NCBI GenBank assembly: GCA_947364715.1
Contig: CANAUI010000001.1
Coordinates: 67,157-113,704, forward strand
DNA: 46,548 bases
Source of the DNA: an uncultured Clostridium sp.
GTDB lineage: Bacteria > Bacillota > Clostridia > TANB77 > CAG-508
Direction of reading: 5' to 3'
Below, in pieces: positions 40,296 through 46,548 of this stretch. The position numbers and the translations under genes were made by a program. Each line of letters starts with the position of its first letter. Within the stretch, counting starts at the first letter, position 1. Under the pieces are notes generated by a model, which was not told the DNA's origin, made no database searches, and was given only the letters and a program-made list of their open reading frames with translations.

Positions 40296-41003
40296 TCATA
40301 TTTCTCTATCTTTTGTTAATAATTCTGAAATAATACTTGTAAAATTCCCATTACCTATTACAATATGGTCTAATAACTCTATATCAAATAATTGTGATAC
40401 TTCAAAAAGTCTTTCTGTTATTTCAATATCTGCCTTACTTGGTGTGGAATCACCACTAGGGTGATTGTGAATTAAAATTATCTTAGGGGCTTGTATTTTT
40501 ATTGGTTCTACTAACATTTCTCTCATTGACATATTAACCGAATTAATTCCACCTTGTGCTATCTTTTTTATTTTTACAATTTCATTTTTATTATTTAAAA
40601 TAACTAATTTTACATGTTCTTGTTTTTCTAATCTCATTTCTTCCATCAGTAATCTTGCTATATCTTCTGGTGTTTTTATTTTTATTTTTTTATAATTTGA
40701 TGGTGTTGATATTCTTTTAGCTAATTCTCCTAATGCTTTTAATTGAATAGCTTTTACTTTTCCAATTCCCTTTATATTCATCAATTCTTCTATTGTCATT
40801 TCTTTTAAAAAGTCTAAATTGTTTTCTGAATTTGTATTTATACTTAATAATTTTTGGGCAATTGTTACAGAAGATTCATCCTTTGTACCTGTTTTAATAA
40901 TAATTGCTATTAATTCTGCATTTGATAATGCTGTTTCTCCATATAGTTCCATTTTTTCATAAGGTCTTTCTGTTTCTGGTAATTGTTTTATTTTGATAGA
41001 CAA
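40296..41003 (-). CDS. radC: RadC (JAB-domain) protein
   Basis: ERPYEK, LSNAELIAII, GIGKVKA, HNHPSGD, LLDHIVIG. Confidence 0.93.
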   Translation of the reverse strand: MSIKIKQLPETERPYEKMELYGETALSNAELIAIIIKTGTKDESSVTIAQKLLSINTNSENNLDFLKEMTIEELMNIKGIGKVKAIQLKALGELAKRISTPSNYKKIKIKTPEDIARLLMEEMRLEKQEHVKLVILNNKNEIVKIKKIAQGGINSVNMSMREMLVEPIKIQAPKIILIHNHPSGDSTPSKADIEITERLFEVSQLFDIELLDHIVIGNGNFTSIISELLTKDREI

Positions 41004-41062
41004 AATATCATTCCTTTCTTCAATTAATATCTTGCCCCTATTTTTTAATTTTTAACTATTTC

Positions 41063-41320
41063 TTAGATTTTTTTATAAATTAATATAGCTAATAACATTC
41101 CTATAATACTTGCTACACTAATTTTAAACATTAATGCAAAAGTTACAGTAACAACACTTAAATCTAAAATAATTGGTTCTTGTAATCCAAATGTTTGACT
41201 ATATGAAAGCCACCATAACCAATCTATGTTAGATGCAAGCTGTCCTAATAATCCCCCTATTACTAAACCTGATAAAATAAACACTAATAATACCCATATA
41301 TTTTTATCTTTTGTCGCCAT
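41063..41320 (-). CDS. DUF4321-like small membrane protein
   Basis: GLVIGGLLG...LDL...SIIG pattern; usual position at the head of the radC-mre operon. Confidence 0.75.
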   Translation of the reverse strand: MATKDKNIWVLLVFILSGLVIGGLLGQLASNIDWLWWLSYSQTFGLQEPIILDLSVVTVTFALMFKISVASIIGMLLAILIYKKI

Positions 41321-41389
41321 TTATATACCTCCAAATCAGCCTTTACTTCTTACGGCTATTTATTTTTTAACATATTTTTACATATTGGT

Positions 41390-41418
41390 ATTATATATTG
41401 ATTTAACATTTTTTTCAA
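41390..41418 (-). promoter_or_regulatory. Sigma-A promoter for the DUF4321-radC-mre operon
   Basis: TTGAAA-17 bp-TATAAT on the minus strand. Confidence 0.65.
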
Positions 41419-41558
41419 GTAAAAAGCTTTACTTTTTTTATATTTATATGGTATATTGTTTAATATTTAAAATTTTATTACCAAAAATTATCCATTTAAA
41501 TATAATAATAATAGTAGTATAATATACTTAATAGGTTTTAAGGAGGCTTTTATTATAT

Positions 41559-42191
41559 ATGAAAATTGAAAAATTAACTGAAAATAAAATTCGTGTGATT
41601 GTGAGCTCAGAAGATTTAAAAAATAGTAATTTGGATTATCAGACTATTATGGAAAAACCAATAGAATCTCAAAAATTGTTTTTAGAAATGCTTTTAAAAG
41701 CTGAAAAAGAAGTTGGATTTTATACAGAAGGATATAAACTTTTAGTAGAAGCTTTTTCTTCTTCTGATGGTCTTTTTGTATTTACTATTACAAAATATAC
41801 AGAAAAAATTAATACAAATCCTAATAAATTAAAAGTGATACCAAAAAAGAAAACCAAAAATTTAAACCCTAAAAGTACCACTTCTATTTATAAATTTTCT
41901 AGCTTTGAAGAATTTTGTGAATTTTGTACTGCTATACATAATAATACAAGAATTCAATCAAAACAATTAGCAAAAACAATCTCTTTATATTTATTTAATG
42001 ATACATATTATCTTATACTTTCTAATATAAACACACATTATGTATATATTAATGGGTTTTATTCAACTATCTCTGAATTTGCTAGTTTAGCTTCTCATTC
42101 TGATACATTTAAAATGAAGCTAGTAGAACATGGAAAAGTTATTATGAAACGAAATGCTATTGAAACTGGTGTTAAATATTTTTTATCATAA
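41559..42191 (+). CDS. mecA: MecA-family ClpC adaptor
   Basis: MKIEKLTENKIRVIVSSEDL N-terminus; YKFSSFEE; EHGKVIMKRNAI C-terminus. Confidence 0.85.
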   Translation: MKIEKLTENKIRVIVSSEDLKNSNLDYQTIMEKPIESQKLFLEMLLKAEKEVGFYTEGYKLLVEAFSSSDGLFVFTITKYTEKINTNPNKLKVIPKKKTKNLNPKSTTSIYKFSSFEEFCEFCTAIHNNTRIQSKQLAKTISLYLFNDTYYLILSNINTHYVYINGFYSTISEFASLASHSDTFKMKLVEHGKVIMKRNAIETGVKYFLS

Positions 42192-42211
42192 CAATATTTA
42201 AAAATCAAATC

Positions 42212-42249
42212 AAAAAATCCACATTTGTTTAACAAATTGTGGATTTTTT
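42212..42249. terminator. Bidirectional terminator between mecA and the M23 gene
   Basis: aaaaaatccacatttgtt / aacaaattgtggatttttt. Confidence 0.75.
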
Positions 42250-42254
42250 ATTTA

Positions 42255-43262
42255 TTAATATACATAATTTTGCGGATTATATGCTATTCCATTAACTCTA
42301 ACTTCTAAATGTAGATGTGGTCCTGTTGAGTTTCCTGTTGAGCCTACACTTGCAATGGTTTCTCCTTGTGAAACAGTTTGGCCTGTTGTCACATATAATT
42401 GACTACAATGTGCATAATATGTTTGTATTCCATTTCCATGAGATATAACAACCATATATCCATATGAGCCTTTTCTTCCTGAAAATGTAACTGTACCTGA
42501 AGCTGTTGCCTTAATAGGTGTTCCTGTTGGTGCTGATATATCTAAACCTGTATGTGCTGAACTTCTTATTCCACTCCTTGCTCCAAATCTGGAAGTAATT
42601 GTTCCTGAAATTGGTCTAATTAATGAAATTCCCAATGCTACTTTTCCACCTGATGTTGTTGTATTTGTATTTACATATCCTGATGTAGCTCTTGTTGTAG
42701 TATTTGTTACTTTTACAACCTTTTTCTTTTCTACATATAACTTAGAAACTACTTCATCTACTGAAACTAAATCATTTATTCCTGTTTCATATTTTTCTAA
42801 AATAGATATTTTATCTATATTTTCACTGTTCTTATCTTTTAATGTACTTATAGCCTTTTCTGCTTCTTCAAATGAAGATACATAGTATTTTTCTTCTTGA
42901 TTTTCTAAAATTGCATAATATCTATAATATGGAATTCCTTGTTCTGTTACTTTATTATAAATTTCTTCATCATTTGTTACAATATTTCTTTTTAATAAAC
43001 ATAATTTATATTCTGGCATATCATTTACTTGTATAAAAGCTACATTTTTATTTGTTCCATCTCCATGGTCTACATACTCATTTATTTTATGTTGTAAATC
43101 TGATTTGTTTGATGTATAACCTACTTGTTCTCCATTTATATATACACTATATGTTGGTTTATATAAAAATGCAATTGCTCCAATAATTAAAAATATTGAA
43201 ATCATAAAAAGAATTATAAGTTTTATGCCTCTTCTTGCATGAACTAAAACCTTTTTAAACAT
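42255..43262 (-). CDS. M23 family peptidoglycan endopeptidase
   Basis: N-terminal TM; ITSRFG, HTGLD, YAH, STGPHLHLEV. Confidence 0.92.
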   Translation of the reverse strand: MFKKVLVHARRGIKLIILFMISIFLIIGAIAFLYKPTYSVYINGEQVGYTSNKSDLQHKINEYVDHGDGTNKNVAFIQVNDMPEYKLCLLKRNIVTNDEEIYNKVTEQGIPYYRYYAILENQEEKYYVSSFEEAEKAISTLKDKNSENIDKISILEKYETGINDLVSVDEVVSKLYVEKKKVVKVTNTTTRATSGYVNTNTTTSGGKVALGISLIRPISGTITSRFGARSGIRSSAHTGLDISAPTGTPIKATASGTVTFSGRKGSYGYMVVISHGNGIQTYYAHCSQLYVTTGQTVSQGETIASVGSTGNSTGPHLHLEVRVNGIAYNPQNYVY

Positions 43263-43288
43263 TACGTTATCTCCTTTGTTAATAATAA

Positions 43289-43305
43289 TGTAATCATATT
43301 GTAAT
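43289..43305 (+). promoter_or_regulatory. WalR-like direct repeat TGTAAT-N5-TGTAAT upstream of the M23 gene
   Basis: Exact consensus match, with a third half-site TGTTAA at 43277-43282. Confidence 0.45.
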
Positions 43306-43447
43306 ATTAGTTTTTTTGCAAGATATAAAATATCTAATTTCCGTAAGTTTCTTTCTGTTTTTTTATAAATACTTTCTTTATTTCACTTTTTCTCTCTTTT
43401 TCTTTTTTAGTTACTATGTAGTAAATAATGTCATAGTTAATAAATGT

Positions 43448-43568
43448 TCAAACTCTGTCAACTAAGACCTTATATATAAGTTTTTTTCACACGTTGTATT
43501 TTGCAACCAAAAGTCACTTACACAGTGTTTGAAAATTTATATATAAGGTCTTAGTTAACAGAGTTTGA
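43448..43568. repeat. Long inverted repeat (37-bp arms, 2 mismatches, 47-bp spacer)
   Basis: tcaaactctgtcaactaagaccttatatataagtttt ... aaaatttatatataaggtcttagttaacagagtttga. Confidence 0.85.
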
Positions 43569-43605
43569 GTAAATATATTTTATAGTTATTTCTAAATATT
43601 ATTTT

Positions 43606-43848
43606 TTATTGTAATTCTGTTTTTACTGTATTAATCTCTGTTGTTGTAGCTTTTTGTGCTGGAATGTAATATCCTTTAGATTGTGCTATTTTAAAAAGTT
43701 CATATTGAAAACTTTCATCATTATTTCTAATTTGTTGAAAAGTTTGTCTTAATTGCATATTTTCAGCTTCTGAAATTGCTGTTTGATATGCTGTTAAATC
43801 TGATTTTACTCCAGCCAAAATATCATTTACCATTATTTTCTCGTCCAT
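43606..43848 (-). CDS. Coat F-domain spore protein
   Basis: DILAGVK...YQTAISEAENMQLRQTF...LFKIAQSKGYY pattern. Confidence 0.8.
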   Translation of the reverse strand: MDEKIMVNDILAGVKSDLTAYQTAISEAENMQLRQTFQQIRNNDESFQYELFKIAQSKGYYIPAQKATTTEINTVKTELQ

Positions 43849-43857
43849 AGCTCCTCC

Positions 43858-44046
43858 TTAATTATTTAAAAATGTCATTAATTTTTGTTTTGTATTTAAA
43901 GCATCTTGAGCAGATTTTGTGAAAAGTTGTTTAATTTGAGGGTCTACTGCTTGTGAAGAATATGTGTTTAATTTTTGGTAAGCAGTTTCATGTGCTCCAA
44001 TAAGATGTCTTAAATGTTGTAATTCCATTTGATTTAAGTCTGCCAT
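43858..44046 (-). CDS. Small spore-associated protein (62 aa), partner of the Coat F-like gene
   Basis: LNQMELQHLRHLI...YSSQAVDPQIKQLF; SD aaagga; co-oriented with the Coat F-like gene. Confidence 0.75.
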   Translation of the reverse strand: MADLNQMELQHLRHLIGAHETAYQKLNTYSSQAVDPQIKQLFTKSAQDALNTKQKLMTFLNN

Positions 44047-44080
44047 TTTTAATCATTCCTTTCTTTCATATTTCTTTATT

Positions 44081-44109
44081 TATTATTTCCATTTTTATCA
44101 AATTTATTC
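44081..44109 (-). promoter_or_regulatory. Forespore sigma-F/sigma-G type promoter
   Basis: GAATA-14 bp-GGAAATAATA (sigma-F-like -10 GGnnAnAHTR); equivalently GAATA-17 bp-AATAATA (sigma-G-like). Confidence 0.55.
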
Positions 44110-44113
44110 TAAA

Positions 44114-44152
44114 AAAATAACTTTCGTATATAATTTATACAAAAGTTATTTT
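44114..44152 (-). terminator. Intrinsic terminator after pcrA
   Basis: aaaataactttcgtata / tatacaaaagttatttt with a T-tract on the minus strand. Confidence 0.75.
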
Positions 44153-44159
44153 AATTTTA

Positions 44160-46485
44160 TTATATAATTTCTAAATTCGCATATTTAGCCATTAATCGTT
44201 TATTTCCTGCTTTATCAAAATGAATATCTACTTTTAAATCTTCTCCCTCTGTTTCTACTTTATTAATAGTCCCTTCTCCAAATTTTTTATGATATACTCT
44301 AACTCCTGATTCATATTTTGATAAATCTACATTGTTATTAGATGTTGATTTTTTCCCTAAATTATTCAAAAAACTTTCTGCTGTTCTAAAAGCAAATTCT
44401 AAATTATTTCCTTTATTTGATTTTGCTACTGCACCAACTGTTTCTCTTTCTTCAACTTTATAAGTTTTTATGTTTCCATTATTTTTACTTCCATAACTCC
44501 ATGTATAATTTGAATCTTTAAATATTTGATTTTTATTATTGTCTTCTTCTCCAAATACCTCTTGATATCCTTCTAATAAATCTTTTGGTATTTCCTTTAA
44601 AAATCTAGATACAGGGTTATAACTGGTTGAACCAAAAATTGTTCTTTGCTTACTACAAGTTAAATATAGATGTTCTTTTGCTCTTGTAATTCCAACATAA
44701 CATAAACGTCTTTCTTCCTCTAATTCTCTTGGCTCTGAAATAGATTTATATCCAGGGAAAATTCCTTCTTCCATTCCTACTAAAAATACAACTGGAAATT
44801 CTAATCCTTTTGCACTATGTAATGTCATAAGTGTTATAGAGTCTTCACCATCTTCTACATTATCAATATCAGATGATAATGTAATTCCTTCTAAAAATTG
44901 ACTTAAAGAATTTTCTGCATATTGTTCTTCAAATTCTATTGCAACTGTTAAAAATTCTTCTAAGTTTTCAATTCTATTTTCTGCTTCAATCGTATTTTCA
45001 TCTTCTAATGCTTTTGTATATCCACTTTTCTTTAGAGTTGTTTTAATTAATTCTGATATCATTAATTTGTCCTTTTTATCTTTTAATTCTTCTATAATAG
45101 TTACAAATTCTCTAGAATTTAAGTATACTCTATTTAATCCATATTGGTCAGCATGTTTAATTATTTCATACATAGAAGTTTGATTTTGCTCTGCTAATAC
45201 TTCTATTTTTTCTAGGCTTGTTTTTCCAATTCCTCTTTTAGGCTCATTAATAATCCTCTTTAAACTTAAGTTATCTGCACTATTTTGGATTAATCGTAAA
45301 TATGCAATAATATCTTTTATTTCTTTTCTTTCATAGAATTTTAAACCACCAACAATTTTATATGGTACATTTTCTCTTCTTAAAATATCCTCTATTGCTC
45401 TTGATTGGGTATTCATTCTATATAAAATTGCAAAGTCTGCATATTTTAAATATTCTTCTCTTTTCAAATGTTCAATTTGTGTTACAATATATGTTGCTTC
45501 ATCATATTCATTATCTGCTTGATATACATTTGGAAAATTTCCTTCTTCGTTTTGTGTCCATAATTCTTTTTTATATTTTACTTCATTATTTTTAATAACA
45601 CTATTAGCAGTTTTTAAGATATTTCCTGTACATCTATAGTTTTGTTCTAATTTGATAATCTTTGTTCCTGGAAAATCTCTTTCAAAGTTCAAAATATTAG
45701 AAATGTCTGCTCCTCTAAAACTATAAATTCCTTGGTCATTATCTCCTACAACTGTAATATTTCCATTTTTAGATGCTAATAAAGTAACTAATGTAAATTG
45801 TGCTTTATTAGTGTCTTGATACTCATCAACTAATACATATTTGAATTTGTTTCCATAATATTCTAAAATTTCTGGATTTTCCATTAAGATTTTTATTGTA
45901 TAATTAATGATATCATCAAAGTCTATGGCATTATTTTCTTTTAATCGTTTTTGGTATAATTCATAAATAGTAGCAATTTTTTCTTTTCTAAAATCTCCAT
46001 TACTTCTTACTGTATATTGCTCAGGTTCTAACATCTCATTTTTTGCATTACTAATTTCAGACAATACACTTCTATCATTAAATAATTTATCATCAATTGC
46101 TAAATCTCTCATACATGCTTTTACTAATGTCCTTTGGTCTGATGTATCAAATATAATAAATGAAGAATCAAAACCGATTCTATCAATAAATCTTCTCAAA
46201 ATTCTAACACAAATAGAGTGAAATGTCCCCATCCAAATGTCTTTTGCATTATCTCCTATTAAATTTGCAATTCTTTCTTTCATTTCATTTGCTGCTTTAT
46301 TTGTAAATGTAATTGCTAATATATCCCATGGTTTTGCATCTTTTTCTCCTATTAAATATGCAATTTTATGTGTTAATACTTTTGTTTTTCCACTTCCTGC
46401 TCCGAGCAATTACTAAACATGGTCCTTCTGTGTTTACTACTGCTTCATATTGTTTATCATTTAATCCTTTTAATATTTCTTGCAT
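44160..46485 (-). CDS. pcrA: PcrA/UvrD helicase split by a +1 frameshift at 46404 (774 aa if rejoined)
   Basis: From ATG 46485: MQEILKGLNDKQYEAVVNTEGPCLVIA, then extra C, then GAGSGKT (Walker A), TFTNKAA, DEYQDTN, GDNDQGIYSFRGA, TLHSAKGLEF, YVGITRA. Confidence 0.93.
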
Positions 46486-46548
46486 ATATTTTACTTGTAT
46501 GATATATTTAATAACTTAAATACACCATACGCTCCTTTCTTTCTACAT

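Noticed and set aside
43430-43600. 6S RNA or tRNA
   Set aside because: Near-perfect AT-rich arms without a central bubble, and no tRNA D/T-loop motifs.

Overview
A very AT-rich chromosomal segment from a spore-forming, low-GC Clostridia-type bacterium (spoIIE, Coat F-like genes, sigma-A and sigma-F/G promoters; taxonomy inferred from gene content only). The flanks are housekeeping and cell-envelope genes: partial comEA, dacA-type carboxypeptidase, LCP, AI-2E, xth, G5/3D protein, lemA-htpX, tatD, acpS, WG-repeat protein, spoIIE, then DUF4321-radC-mreBCD-pbp2-minC, mecA, M23 peptidase and pcrA. The centre (15.8-33.8 kb) holds three giant surface proteins. The 2914-aa one is an in-frame fusion of paralogs of the other two (1647 aa + 1328 aa) and keeps an internal sorting signal and an internal signal peptide. 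The strongest signal is that the only two broken genes, mreB and pcrA, are both normally critical and both broken identically: one extra C makes an in-frame CGG directly in front of a conserved Gly (T|CGG|A, read as GGA after a +1 shift). By my manual scan these are the only in-frame CGG codons among about 14,000 codons. This suggests CGG-triggered +1 recoding, although a systematic sequencing or assembly artefact cannot be excluded from one window. Other signals: a modular palindromic repeat family, a 37-bp inverted repeat, SD-hairpin-AUG initiation regions and WalR-like boxes. No rRNA, tRNA, CRISPR, transposase or integrase was recognised.
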